Shown one piece after another: positions 26,138 to 35,577 of a stretch of DNA of 64,000 nucleotides. A program made the translations under genes and the position numbers. Origin of the DNA: Bacillota bacterium. GTDB lineage: Bacteria; Patescibacteriota; Patescibacteriia; Patescibacteriales; UBA12465. Every line of letters starts with the position of its first letter. Within the stretch, counting starts at the first letter, position 1. The stretch is taken from positions 11,005 through 75,004 of the forward strand of contig JBLNBA010000004.1 of assembly GCA_050259635.1 (NCBI GenBank), written 5' to 3'. The notes under the pieces are model-generated. The model was not told where the DNA came from, did not search any database, and saw only the letters and a list, made by a program, of their open reading frames with translations.

Positions 26138-26698
26138 ATGACAAAGAAACTGCTTTTATTAGTAGTTGTCGTCCTCGTCCTTTTGGCGGTGGCGGCTGTT
26201 TTACGCCTGGGAGAAAGGAGCGGACGGGATGTGACCGGTGATTGGTCGGTGGAAAATGAGCTGAAAGCTCTTTCAGCCCTGTTCGGTCGCCAGATACCGG
26301 AGAATCCTTTGCCCGAACCGGCAGATACCGAGGAGCCGGTTATTCCGACTACAACTCCCACGGAACCTTCTAAATCCGTCTCAGAAGTGGAGTTGCTTGA
26401 TCCTTTGCCTGGCGGATCTATTTCCAGCCCTTATCTTATCAAGGGGCGCGCCCGAGGATCATGGTTCTTTGAAGCCGTACTTCCGGTCGAGCTTATAGAC
26501 GAGAATGGTAATTCTTTAGTAAAGGCTCAGGGAAGGGCGATCGGCGATTGGATGACCGCGGGCTGGGTAAATTTTGAGTCACGCTTGGAATTTAATCCTG
26601 GCACCGCTCAAAGGGGTGAGATTATTATTAAAAAGGATAATCCTTCCGGTTTGCCAGAAAATGATGCGCGTGTCTCCTATCCCGTTTTATTCCGCTGA
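26138..26698 (+). CDS. membrane-anchored Gmad2 immunoglobulin-like domain protein
   Basis: N-terminal TM (LLLLVVVVLVLLAVAAVL), Pro/Thr/Glu linker, then SSPYLIKGRARGSWFFEAVLPVELIDENGNSL...GDWMTAGWVNFESRLEF, which matches my recollection of the Gmad2 domain. Confidence 0.65.
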   Translation: MTKKLLLLVVVVLVLLAVAAVLRLGERSGRDVTGDWSVENELKALSALFGRQIPENPLPEPADTEEPVIPTTTPTEPSKSVSEVELLDPLPGGSISSPYLIKGRARGSWFFEAVLPVELIDENGNSLVKAQGRAIGDWMTAGWVNFESRLEFNPGTAQRGEIIIKKDNPSGLPENDARVSYPVLFR

Positions 26699-26699
26699 T

Positions 26700-27503
26700 A
26701 TGGGGATAGAATACTTACCGGGGATACATCCCGGGATGAAGATCGAACTTAAGGATGATCCACGGGTGCGACGCGAGCAATTCAATCGGCGTTTCCGGGA
26801 AGGGCTGAAACTGGGGGCTGATAAAGCGAATGCCGCTTTTGGAAAGGACTGGTTGGATGCAGATGGATCCATTAAGATGTATGAACATCCGGATCGTGAA
26901 TCGGATCAGCGAATGATCGCGATGAAGGAAGAACAATGGGCGAGAGAAGAGGGTAAGAATAGGGAGAGCTGGCGAGCGGGAAGGGACAAGAAGGAATCGA
27001 TCTTGGCGGAGATGGCCCTTACCTTATTTTTGCAGCGGTCTCTTCCTCCCCGATACTTGGCTATCCGCAGCTCCACGTATGACGACTATGAAAATGGCGT
27101 TGATCATCTCATTTTGGATGGTGAAACCGGCAGCGTGGTCGGAGCGATAGATGAGGTGGTGGGGTTGAATGGGGCGGGCAATAAGAAGGAGGAAAAGGTG
27201 AGACGGAAGATGCACAAAGGCGCACGAATAAAGTATGGTGCGCGAGTCATTGAAGGTGAGCTGATCCTGGGAAGCATATCCCACGTGCCTGTATTCTATA
27301 TATCATTAGATAAGGCGGATCTTGCCAAACTGGGAGATTCCTTGATGGAGGACGAGCTAGGCTCATATGAACAGGACCTTTTCCGTCGCTTATGCGCATC
27401 GTTTGAAGAGCAGGCAGAAAGTTACAGAGGCATGTCTATGCCTGACGAGCTAAGGGAGGAACTGGAACATTTTAAGGAATCGCTTAATACTTGGAATGAA
27501 TAA
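26700..27503 (+). CDS. hypothetical cytoplasmic protein (267 aa), no recognisable family
   Basis: ATG at 26700 directly follows the upstream stop. The ORF-track start 26574 would overlap the Gmad2 gene by 125 nt. Charged and helical; no motif recognised. Confidence 0.5.
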   Translation: MGIEYLPGIHPGMKIELKDDPRVRREQFNRRFREGLKLGADKANAAFGKDWLDADGSIKMYEHPDRESDQRMIAMKEEQWAREEGKNRESWRAGRDKKESILAEMALTLFLQRSLPPRYLAIRSSTYDDYENGVDHLILDGETGSVVGAIDEVVGLNGAGNKKEEKVRRKMHKGARIKYGARVIEGELILGSISHVPVFYISLDKADLAKLGDSLMEDELGSYEQDLFRRLCASFEEQAESYRGMSMPDELREELEHFKESLNTWNE

Positions 27504-28911
27504 TATGGAAATATACTTATACAACACATTGAGCCAGAAAAAGGAATTATATCAACCGATCATCCCCAGGCAGGCGGGTATCTATACCTGCGGTCCTACG
27601 GTTTATAATTACGCCCATCTTGGCAATCTCCGCACTTTTCTTTTCCAAGATTTCCTAGTGCGCACCCTATCTTATGCCGGTTATAAGGTGAAACGCGTAA
27701 TGAACATTACGGATGTGGGTCATTTAAGTGGCGATATGGATATGGGGGAAGACAAGATGGAGAAGGGCTCGGCTCGAGAGGGAAGGAGCGCCTGGGAGAT
27801 TGCTTCCTACTACACTGAAGCTTTTAAAGAAGATCTCCGGGCTTTGAATATGGTCGAACCGGACATCTATTGCCGGGCAACCGACAATATACCAGAGCAG
27901 ATTTCTCTGGTGAACACCCTGGAAGAAAAGGGATTTACCTATAAGACCTCAGACGGGGTGTATTTCGATACCTCAAAATTCCCGGGTTATAACCGCTTGA
28001 GCCATCTTCCTTTGGAAGAGCTTAAAGAGGGGGCGCGCGTAGAGAAGAATCCCGAAAAGAAGAATCCGACGGATTTTGCTCTTTGGAAATTTTCCCCGGC
28101 CGGAAGCAAACGCCAGATGGAGTGGGATTCTCCTTGGGGGGTAGGATTCCCGGGATGGCATTTAGAGTGTTCCGCTATGAGCATGAAGTTTTTGGGTGGC
28201 CAGCGCGATATCCATTGCGGAGGAATAGACCATATAAATATCCATCATACCAACGAGATGGCTCAGAGCGAGGCGGCGACCGGTGAGGAATATTTCCGTT
28301 ATTGGCTCCATGGCGCTTTTCTCAATATCGCCGGCGGCAAGAAGATGGCGAAAAGCGAAAATAATTATCTTACCCTGCAGAACGCCCTGGTGAATAAGGG
28401 TATAGATCCTTTGGCGTTCCGTTTTGCCGCGTTGCAGGTCCACTACCGTAAGCCCATGGATTATAGCGAGAATAGCCTCCGCCAGGCCGAGCAAGGCTTA
28501 AAGAGTCTATATCGGCAGGTTGCCGCTTTGGGAAGTATGGCTGGTGAACCGGGAAATGGCGCTAAGGAAGAATTTGCCAAAGCTCTGGCTGATGACTTGA
28601 ATCTACCTCAGGCTCTGGCAGTGCTGTTTACGGTGTTGAAATCCGAGATGCCGCTTGAAGCCAAACTGGGGGCGGCTTTAGACTTTGACCGAGTCCTTGG
28701 CCTCGATCTTTTCCGCGCTGTCCAGAAAGAACAAGAAAAACCGTTGCTGGTGGAATTGCCTGAGGAAGTGAAGAGTCTCTTGGCCGCCAGGCAAAAGGCA
28801 AGGAATGAAAAGGATTGGGAGAAAGCCGATGCCTTGAGGAAGGAAATCGGACAAAAGGGATATTTAGTAACGGATGGACCGGAAGGGCAGCAGGTCGTCC
28901 CCTCAAAATGA
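27496..28911 (+). CDS. cysS: cysteine--tRNA ligase
   Basis: Class I motifs YAHLGNLRT (HIGH variant) and KMAKS (KMSKS), plus CGGIDHINIHHTNE. The start may be the internal ATG at 27505. Confidence 0.92.
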   Translation: MNNMEIYLYNTLSQKKELYQPIIPRQAGIYTCGPTVYNYAHLGNLRTFLFQDFLVRTLSYAGYKVKRVMNITDVGHLSGDMDMGEDKMEKGSAREGRSAWEIASYYTEAFKEDLRALNMVEPDIYCRATDNIPEQISLVNTLEEKGFTYKTSDGVYFDTSKFPGYNRLSHLPLEELKEGARVEKNPEKKNPTDFALWKFSPAGSKRQMEWDSPWGVGFPGWHLECSAMSMKFLGGQRDIHCGGIDHINIHHTNEMAQSEAATGEEYFRYWLHGAFLNIAGGKKMAKSENNYLTLQNALVNKGIDPLAFRFAALQVHYRKPMDYSENSLRQAEQGLKSLYRQVAALGSMAGEPGNGAKEEFAKALADDLNLPQALAVLFTVLKSEMPLEAKLGAALDFDRVLGLDLFRAVQKEQEKPLLVELPEEVKSLLAARQKARNEKDWEKADALRKEIGQKGYLVTDGPEGQQVVPSK

Positions 28912-29864
28912 AAGAGAATTTTTGGCTACAACTGAAAGATAAAAAGCGGCCAATAATGGCCTTGGCGCCGATGGCCGGCTTTACGGATGCGCCCTTTAGA
29001 CAAATCTGCTCCTCATTCGGAGCAGATGTTGTCTATAGCGAGATGGCTTCCGCGGCCGCTCTATATTTCCGCGGTCCGGGGACAACCGAAACTATGAAGC
29101 TTTTGTCGTGGGATCCGACTAAGGAAAGCCGTTTCGTCGTGCAATTATTCGGGTCGGAGGCTTCACATTTTGCGGTCGCCGCCAAGATTATAAGCGAAAA
29201 TATTCGGCCTCACGGGGTTGATATAAATTTCGGTTGTCCGGCGGGGAAGGTGTTAAAGCAGGGGGCAGGAGCGGACCTGATGAAAAATCTGGTAAAATCC
29301 AAGGAGATCGTTGAGGCGGTCTGCGCAAATACGGACTTGCCGGTTTCGGTGAAATTGAGACTACAGTCAGGTGAGGTGTCCGCTGCCCGCTTCTTGGACA
29401 ATCTTTCCGATTTGCCGGTATCTGCGGCAATGGTGCACGGGAGAACCCTGTCTCAGGGTTTTGCCGGCGAGGCAGACTATGTCTCGGTCGGAAAGCTCAG
29501 GGAAGTCTTCCCGGGGATCTTGATCGTAAATGGCGGGATCAATACCCGCGCCGAAGCCGAAAGAGCTTTAAGGGAAAGCAGAGCTGACGGCTTAGGGTTG
29601 GGGAGAGGAGCGCTGGGAAGACCCTGGTTGTTCCAGGAGATAAAGGAAGGACGTGACCTTGACTTGGGGAAGAAAGAAATTTTGCAGCTTCTTTTCCGGC
29701 ACGCTCAACTCTGCGTTAAACTAAAAGGCGAGGAGGCATTGATCGAATGGCGCAAGCAGGCATGTTGGTATGTGCAATCTTTGCCGGGTGCAAGCCGCTT
29801 ACGTCAAAGTTTGGTTCAAGTTTCTTCTTTGGAACAAGTGGAAAATTTAATTAAGAATATATGA
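28908..29864 (+). CDS. tRNA-dihydrouridine synthase
   Basis: LAPMAGFTDAPFRQIC, VDINFGCPAGKV, HGRT. The ATGA overlap with the cysS stop supports the start at 28908 rather than the ORF-track 28815. Confidence 0.88.
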   Translation: MKENFWLQLKDKKRPIMALAPMAGFTDAPFRQICSSFGADVVYSEMASAAALYFRGPGTTETMKLLSWDPTKESRFVVQLFGSEASHFAVAAKIISENIRPHGVDINFGCPAGKVLKQGAGADLMKNLVKSKEIVEAVCANTDLPVSVKLRLQSGEVSAARFLDNLSDLPVSAAMVHGRTLSQGFAGEADYVSVGKLREVFPGILIVNGGINTRAEAERALRESRADGLGLGRGALGRPWLFQEIKEGRDLDLGKKEILQLLFRHAQLCVKLKGEEALIEWRKQACWYVQSLPGASRLRQSLVQVSSLEQVENLIKNI

Positions 29865-30238
29865 CTCTATATATCGATACTGGCGTTGATCCCTATTTAG
29901 AAATCGGGATTGAGAGGGACGGAAAATTTGTCAAAAAGAGAATCAAGGCGGAAAGGAAGCAGGCCGAAAAACTATTACCAGCAATCCTGTCTTTGCTGGC
30001 TCGGGAGAAGTTAACCTGGAAAGACGTTAAAGGGATCAAGGTGAATAATGAGGGTGGTAGTTTCACTTCTTTACGTATTGGCATCCTGACCGCCAATGCT
30101 TTGGCGTACGCCCTGGAAATACCTATCTCTTCTTTTTCCGGTAAGGATGTTTTCCGCTTCAAGGGGGGTAAGGCAGTGAAGCCTCGTTATAATGGTGAAC
30201 CAAATATTGGTAAGAGCCGCAAGCCAACCTGGGGATAA
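29861..30238 (+). CDS. tsaB: short TsaB-like protein (N-terminal half of the t6A dimerisation subunit only)
   Basis: 125 aa. GGSFTSLRIGILTANALAYALEIPI matches the TsaB/YeaZ N-terminal ASKHA subdomain. Canonical TsaB is about 230 aa (from memory). ATGA overlap with the dus stop. Confidence 0.65.
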   Translation: MTLYIDTGVDPYLEIGIERDGKFVKKRIKAERKQAEKLLPAILSLLAREKLTWKDVKGIKVNNEGGSFTSLRIGILTANALAYALEIPISSFSGKDVFRFKGGKAVKPRYNGEPNIGKSRKPTWG

Positions 30239-30261
30239 CTTTAAGCTAAAAAAGATAAAAA

Positions 30262-30293
30262 AGGATGCCGCTTTGAAAAATGCGGCTTTTTTT
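30262..30293 (+). terminator. Rho-independent terminator after tsaB
   Basis: GCCGC...GCGGC stem followed by TTTTTTT. Confidence 0.6.
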
Positions 30294-30327
30294 GCATTTT
30301 TCCCAGTATTATTAGGCATTTACAATG

Positions 30328-30356
30328 TTGACCCTAGGGCCTTTGTGGTGTATAAT
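30328..30356 (+). promoter_or_regulatory. candidate dcw (mraZ) promoter TTGACC - 17 nt - TATAAT
   Basis: TTGACC at 30328-30333 and a perfect TATAAT at 30351-30356. Confidence 0.6.
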
Positions 30357-30365
30357 TAAACCATT

Positions 30366-30395
30366 GAGGTGGATAGTGGGGAACAGAGGGGAATT
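30366..30395 (+). promoter_or_regulatory. candidate MraZ operator: three 10-bp-phased direct repeats (GAGGTGGATA / GTGGGGAACA / GAGGGGAATT)
   Basis: Three consecutive G(A/T)GG(T/G)G-containing decamers begin 10 nt after the -10 box. Spaced GTGGG-type direct repeats at the dcw promoter are the known MraZ binding architecture. Confidence 0.6.
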
Positions 30396-30427
30396 CACTT
30401 TTAGACATCTTATCCACCGATACGCCT

Positions 30428-30859
30428 ATGTTTATCGGCGAATACAATCATAATCTTGATGACAAAGGTCGGGTAGCTATCCCGGCTAAATTTCGTGCGG
30501 TGTTAAAGAAGGGAGCAGTTGTAACCAAAGGATTGGACAACTGCTTATTTTTATACGGAAAAGAACAATTTGAAAAGATCGCTCAGAAGTTTGCTGCTTT
30601 GCCAATCAGCCAAGCCAAGGCACGTGCCTTTTCTCGGCATATGCTTGCCGGAGCCATGGATGTTGATTTTGATAACCAGGGCCGTGTTACCTTGCCTGAC
30701 TACCTGCGTAAATTTTCCGGCTTAAAGAAGGGGGTCATTATCGCTGGCTTGTACAATCATCTCGAAATCTGGGATGAAGAAGCTTGGAATAGCTATAAGC
30801 AGGCGGCTGAGCAAAATAGCAATAGTATCGCCGAAGAGATGGGCGATCTCGGAATTTAA
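30428..30859 (+). CDS. mraZ: division/cell wall cluster transcriptional regulator MraZ
   Basis: Duplicated SpoVT-AbrB modules with DDKGRVAIPAKFR and DNQGRVTLPDYLR. Confidence 0.92.
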   Translation: MFIGEYNHNLDDKGRVAIPAKFRAVLKKGAVVTKGLDNCLFLYGKEQFEKIAQKFAALPISQAKARAFSRHMLAGAMDVDFDNQGRVTLPDYLRKFSGLKKGVIIAGLYNHLEIWDEEAWNSYKQAAEQNSNSIAEEMGDLGI

Positions 30860-30860
30860 T

Positions 30861-31796
30861 ATGCCTTATGAGCATATTCCGGTAATGATTCAGGAAGTGT
30901 TGGCAGCCCTGGGACTGAAGAAGGGCGGAACGTATATCGATTGCACGCTTGGCGGCGCCGGATACACGAGAAGGATTTCCCTGGCGGCTGGTAATTCAGG
31001 GAAGGTACTATCCATTGACGCCGACGAACTCGCCCTTGCCAATGCCACGGAAATAATCAAACGAGATAGTTTAGATAATATAGTTCTTGTACACGACAAT
31101 TTCCGCAATTTATCGAAAATTTCCGCTGAGTATCTGCCTCAAGGGGCTGATGGCATCGTGTTTGACCTGGGGCTATCGTCTGCTCAATTAGAAGATGAAA
31201 GCCGAGGTTTCTCCTTTCAGGGCGACCGGCCATTAGACATGGCTTTTGGAGAAGGAGAGGCAAGGACGACCGCAAGTATCCTGAGTTTTTCATCGCTATC
31301 GGAACTAACCAGAATATTCAGAGAATATGGCGAAGAACCGAAAGCTTATCAGCTAGCTAAAGCGATAATTGCCGCTCGCCGCGAAAAGCCCTTCCGCAGC
31401 ACGAAGGATCTGGTCGATGTCGTCGAGAAGACGATTAAGCGCCGGCCTGGAGGAATACACCCGGCCACGAAGGCTTTCCAAGCTTTACGGATGGCCACGA
31501 ACGATGAATTCCAAGCACTGGAAGAAGCTTTGGCGGCCGTTCCTCTCATCTTGAAAAAAGGCGGAAGAGTCGCCATCGTTTCTTTTCATAGCGGTGAAGA
31601 CCGGATTGTGAAGCAATGGCTTAAGCGAGAGAGCACCGGATGCATCTGTCCGCCGCAAGCGCCAGTATGTGTCTGCGGGCATGAGGCTATTATGAAGCCG
31701 CTCACAAAGAAACCGCTTATTCCGAGCGAGGAGGAGATTGCGGACAATTCTCGAGCTAGAAGTGCCAAGCTTCGAGCGGCGGAAAAAATTGGATAA
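30861..31796 (+). CDS. rsmH: 16S rRNA (cytosine1402-N4)-methyltransferase RsmH
   Basis: HIPVMIQEVL, DCTLGGAGYT, FDLGLSSAQLE, SFHSGEDRIVK. Start ATG 30861 is 2 nt after the mraZ stop (ORF track 30774 overlaps mraZ). Confidence 0.92.
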   Translation: MPYEHIPVMIQEVLAALGLKKGGTYIDCTLGGAGYTRRISLAAGNSGKVLSIDADELALANATEIIKRDSLDNIVLVHDNFRNLSKISAEYLPQGADGIVFDLGLSSAQLEDESRGFSFQGDRPLDMAFGEGEARTTASILSFSSLSELTRIFREYGEEPKAYQLAKAIIAARREKPFRSTKDLVDVVEKTIKRRPGGIHPATKAFQALRMATNDEFQALEEALAAVPLILKKGGRVAIVSFHSGEDRIVKQWLKRESTGCICPPQAPVCVCGHEAIMKPLTKKPLIPSEEEIADNSRARSAKLRAAEKIG

Positions 31797-31840
31797 TTTT
31801 CAAAATGAAATAGCCCCTTTCATGGGGTAAGAGAACCAAT

Positions 31841-32176
31841 ATGATGATCAGGCAAATAACAAGCAATAAAGATCGACGCCCTGCCAAAACGGGAAGCCCC
31901 TGGAAAAGGGCGACCGCCACTTTGTGCGCAATTTCCGTCGCGCTTGGGATCTTTTACCTGGTCGGCATGAATGATCTGATCGTGAAAGGTTTCGCCTTAA
32001 AGGACTTAAAAAGCCAAGCCAGTCTCCTAGCACAGGAGAACCAAGATCTGCAGGCTAAGGCTCTAACCTTGCAGTCTTATGCTGTAATGTCTCCACGGCT
32101 TCAGGGATTGAATATGGTGCAAGTGGAAGATGTGGCATATTTTAATCCGCAAGCACCGATAGTAGCTAAGAAATAA
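31841..32176 (+). CDS. ftsL: FtsL-like bitopic cell-division protein
   Basis: 111 aa. One TM helix followed by a short coiled coil (LKSQASLLAQENQDLQAKALTLQ). The position between rsmH and ftsI is conserved in dcw clusters. Confidence 0.6.
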   Translation: MMIRQITSNKDRRPAKTGSPWKRATATLCAISVALGIFYLVGMNDLIVKGFALKDLKSQASLLAQENQDLQAKALTLQSYAVMSPRLQGLNMVQVEDVAYFNPQAPIVAKK

Positions 32177-32190
32177 CCCGGCTGAGGAAT

Positions 32191-34266
32191 ATGTGGAAAG
32201 AAAAACGGCAGCATAATCCGAATGCCAGGCATGCCAACCCAAGATTGCGCCTTTTTACGGCGCTCGTTTTTTTATTAATGGGCTCGATTATTTACCGTCT
32301 GTATTTCCTTCAAGTGGCTCAGGGTGATTGGTTTACGGAACTCGCCTCCAGCCAGCACCAAATATCGAGCAAGCTTCAACCTCAACGAGGGAAGATCTTG
32401 CTGCATGAAAGGAGTAATAGCCAGGATCAGCTATATCCCCTAGCCACAAATAAGGAATTTTCTTTCTTGTATGCGGTTCCCAAGGATATTACCGACCCGC
32501 GGGCTTTGGCGGAAAAATTATTTACTTTTTTCGATCAGCCGCAAATTGAGAATAATCTAAAAGCAGATTTAAAGGACGTGGATGAACAGCGTCTGCAAAC
32601 TGAGATTGAGGCGATTAGAGCCTCGGATTATAGTGATGGAGATAAGACGGCTAGGATCAAAGCGGCTGAGGGTCTCGCTCAAGCCAAGCGTGGGCTTCCG
32701 GAATGGTCGCAGTTGGAAACTGAAGCTTTGGAGAATCTGCTTGTGCAAAAGAAGGAGAGTCGGATACAAGATTACTTAAAAAAATTAGATAAGCCTGGGG
32801 ATCCTTATGAGCCTTTGCAGGAGAAGATGAGTGACGAGGACTTGGTGTCTTTATATGCCAGCCTGCTCAGCACTCCGGAAAAGACGGTGCAAGCAGCCGA
32901 GCTGGAGAGGCGGATGGATAAGGTCGTATTTCGTACGGATGGCAGCGACGCTAAGGTGCCCGGCATCGGATTCAACCTCAAGAGCTATCGTTTCTATCCC
33001 GAAAAAGATATTGCTTCGAATATTGTGGGTTTCGTGAGCTATGCGGATGAGGAAGAAAAAGGAAAATATGGTCTGGAGGAATTCTTTAATGAAGAGCTTT
33101 CTGGACAGCCAGGATATATAAAGGCAGAACGAGGGGTGAGTAATACGATCATCGTTAATGATCGCGAATACGTCCGTCCTTTGGCGGGGAGCGATCTGGT
33201 TCTCACAATGGATCGCGGGGCGCAATTCCAGGCTTGTGAAGCGCTCGAAGAAGCCGTGCGCAAGCATGGGGCTGAAGGAGGGTCGGTGATTGCCGTAAAT
33301 GCCAAGACGGGCGCGATCTTGGCTATGTGTTCTGTTCCTACTTTCGATCCGAATGAATACAAGCAGGTAAAAGATTTGAAAAAATTCAATAATCCGGCGA
33401 TTCTCTATCAATACGAGCCGGGCTCGGTGTTCAAGGTGATTACCATGGCAGCGGCGATTGATCAAGGGAAAGTCGGCCCGGACACAACCTATAAAGATGA
33501 GGGACAAATAATGATTAATGGGTGGCCCAAGCCGATTAGCAATTCAGATTTCAGTAGCTTTGGAGCTCATGGCGTCGTTGACATGAATGCCGTCCTAGAA
33601 AATTCATTAAACACCGGGGCTATTTTTGCGATGAAACAGATAGGACCGAAAGCCTTTTCCGAATACGTCAAAAACTTCGGTTTCGGAGAGAAGACCGGCG
33701 TTGAACTGGGTTCGGAAAGCCAAGGTAATATCGGTAATCTTCTTAAATCCAAGGTTAGGGAAATAGACGCTGCAACCGCTTCTTTCGGCCAAGGTTTGGC
33801 GGTTACCCCCTTACAGATGGTGATGTCATATCAGGCGCTGGCAAATGGCGGCACCTTGATGAAACCATATATCGTGCAGGAGATTCGGTATGAGGACGGG
33901 CGTCTTGAAACCTTTAAGCCTCAGCCTGTAAGGCAAGTCGTTTCTTCTCAGACGGCCAATACGATGCTTGCCATGATGGTGAATGTCGTGGAAAGCGGCC
34001 ATGCCAAGGGGGCTCAGATACCCGGATATTACATCGGCGGCAAGACGGGAACCGCTCAGGTGGCCACTTCCGGCGGCTATAGCGAAGATAAATACATCCA
34101 TACCTTCATCGGCGTTGTGCCAGTTGACAATCCGCAGATTGTGATGTTGACTAAGATCGACTCTCCTAAAGGAGTGCGGTTTGCAGAAAGCACCGCTGTG
34201 CCGCTCTGGCATGATATCGCCGATTTCCTTTTGAAATATTATCAGATTCCCAAGACGCGAAATTAA
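32191..34266 (+). CDS. ftsI: class B penicillin-binding protein (FtsI/PBP2-type transpeptidase) with an enlarged N-terminal module
   Basis: N-terminal TM. SVFK (SxxK), SNS (SxN), KTGT. 691 aa, with an extra charged segment of about 150 aa in the pedestal region. Confidence 0.88.
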   Translation: MWKEKRQHNPNARHANPRLRLFTALVFLLMGSIIYRLYFLQVAQGDWFTELASSQHQISSKLQPQRGKILLHERSNSQDQLYPLATNKEFSFLYAVPKDITDPRALAEKLFTFFDQPQIENNLKADLKDVDEQRLQTEIEAIRASDYSDGDKTARIKAAEGLAQAKRGLPEWSQLETEALENLLVQKKESRIQDYLKKLDKPGDPYEPLQEKMSDEDLVSLYASLLSTPEKTVQAAELERRMDKVVFRTDGSDAKVPGIGFNLKSYRFYPEKDIASNIVGFVSYADEEEKGKYGLEEFFNEELSGQPGYIKAERGVSNTIIVNDREYVRPLAGSDLVLTMDRGAQFQACEALEEAVRKHGAEGGSVIAVNAKTGAILAMCSVPTFDPNEYKQVKDLKKFNNPAILYQYEPGSVFKVITMAAAIDQGKVGPDTTYKDEGQIMINGWPKPISNSDFSSFGAHGVVDMNAVLENSLNTGAIFAMKQIGPKAFSEYVKNFGFGEKTGVELGSESQGNIGNLLKSKVREIDAATASFGQGLAVTPLQMVMSYQALANGGTLMKPYIVQEIRYEDGRLETFKPQPVRQVVSSQTANTMLAMMVNVVESGHAKGAQIPGYYIGGKTGTAQVATSGGYSEDKYIHTFIGVVPVDNPQIVMLTKIDSPKGVRFAESTAVPLWHDIADFLLKYYQIPKTRN

Positions 34267-34270
34267 CGTT

Positions 34271-35557
34271 ATGAAAAAGATTCTCGAAATTCTGTTAAAA
34301 ATCCTGTCAGGGCTAATTATCAGGAAATATTCCCCGCAAATCGTCGCAATAAGCGGCTCTATCGGTAAAACCAGCGCCAAAGAGGCGATTTTTGCGGTAT
34401 TATCGACTAGACTGAAAGCAAGGACCAGCCTTAAGAATTATAACAATGAGATTGGTGTTCCCCTTACTGTCATCGGAGCAGAATCTGGAGGTTCATCTTT
34501 AGTAGGATGGACAAGGGTATTCACCAAGGCTCTCCAGCTGCTGATTGTGAAAGACCGGGATTATCCCGATTATCTAATATTAGAAATGGGGGTCGATCGT
34601 CCAGGGGATATGGATTACCTTACCCGTTTAGCTCCGCCCACGGTGGGGGTGATGACGGGGATAAGCTATTCCCATCTGGAGTACTTTGGTAGCTTGCAGA
34701 ATATCAAAAAAGAAAAGCAGGTTTTGATCGAGCGTGTTAGCCGGAAGGGCTTGAGTATCCTTAATTACGATAACGAAGCCGCTCGGTCAATGTCTGAAGT
34801 GAGTCCGGCGCGAGCTTTTACCTATGGCCTTTTGCCGGGGGCTGATTTGCAGGCTCAAGATTTAAAATTTAGGGCAGGCGAGCAAGAATATGAGATTGCC
34901 GGGGCTAGTTTTAAGTTAAGTTATGAGGGTAATCTTGTGCCGGTGTTGATGCCGAATGCTTTGAGTGAAGCGGCAATATACGCCGCGCTGGTTGCCGCTT
35001 CTGTCGCTTTGCATTTCGGTTATAATTTGATGGAAATAGCAGCAATCCTTCCTGCAGTACGCCTGCCGGCCGGAAGAATGCAGCTTTTGCCGGGTATAAA
35101 GCGGACTTTTATTATCGATGATACCTATAATTCCTCTCCGGAATCCTGTCGGTCGGCAGTTAAAGTCCTCGGCTCTCTTAAGCTGGATGCAGCCGCTAGT
35201 AAATATGCTGTAATCGGTGATATGCTGGAAATCGGATCGTATAGCATTGAGGGCCATCGGATGATCGGGAGAGAGGTATTCGAGCAGGGAATCGATTATC
35301 TGGTTACCGTCGGTGAACGCTCCCGAGACACGGATCGCGGCGCCATCGAAGCGGGAATGAGTCTGGATTTCATATTCCATTTTGATGACCCGAACTCTGC
35401 TGGAAAATTCTTACAAGAAAGGATTAAAGAAGGTGATATTCTCTTAGTCAAAGGATCCCAAGGTATTAGGCTTGAAAAAACGGTTAAGGAGTTAATGGCT
35501 GAACCCGAACGAGCGGAAGAGCTTTTAGTCAGACAGGGAAAAGACTGGCAGAATTAA
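34271..35557 (+). CDS. murF: UDP-N-acetylmuramoyl-tripeptide--D-alanyl-D-alanine ligase
   Basis: Mur ligase P-loop ISGSIGKTSAKEAI, central and C-terminal Mur ligase domains (DDTYNSSPES), dcw position. Confidence 0.85.
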   Translation: MKKILEILLKILSGLIIRKYSPQIVAISGSIGKTSAKEAIFAVLSTRLKARTSLKNYNNEIGVPLTVIGAESGGSSLVGWTRVFTKALQLLIVKDRDYPDYLILEMGVDRPGDMDYLTRLAPPTVGVMTGISYSHLEYFGSLQNIKKEKQVLIERVSRKGLSILNYDNEAARSMSEVSPARAFTYGLLPGADLQAQDLKFRAGEQEYEIAGASFKLSYEGNLVPVLMPNALSEAAIYAALVAASVALHFGYNLMEIAAILPAVRLPAGRMQLLPGIKRTFIIDDTYNSSPESCRSAVKVLGSLKLDAAASKYAVIGDMLEIGSYSIEGHRMIGREVFEQGIDYLVTVGERSRDTDRGAIEAGMSLDFIFHFDDPNSAGKFLQERIKEGDILLVKGSQGIRLEKTVKELMAEPERAEELLVRQGKDWQN

Positions 35558-35577
35558 GGTCTTAACAATTTAATCCT

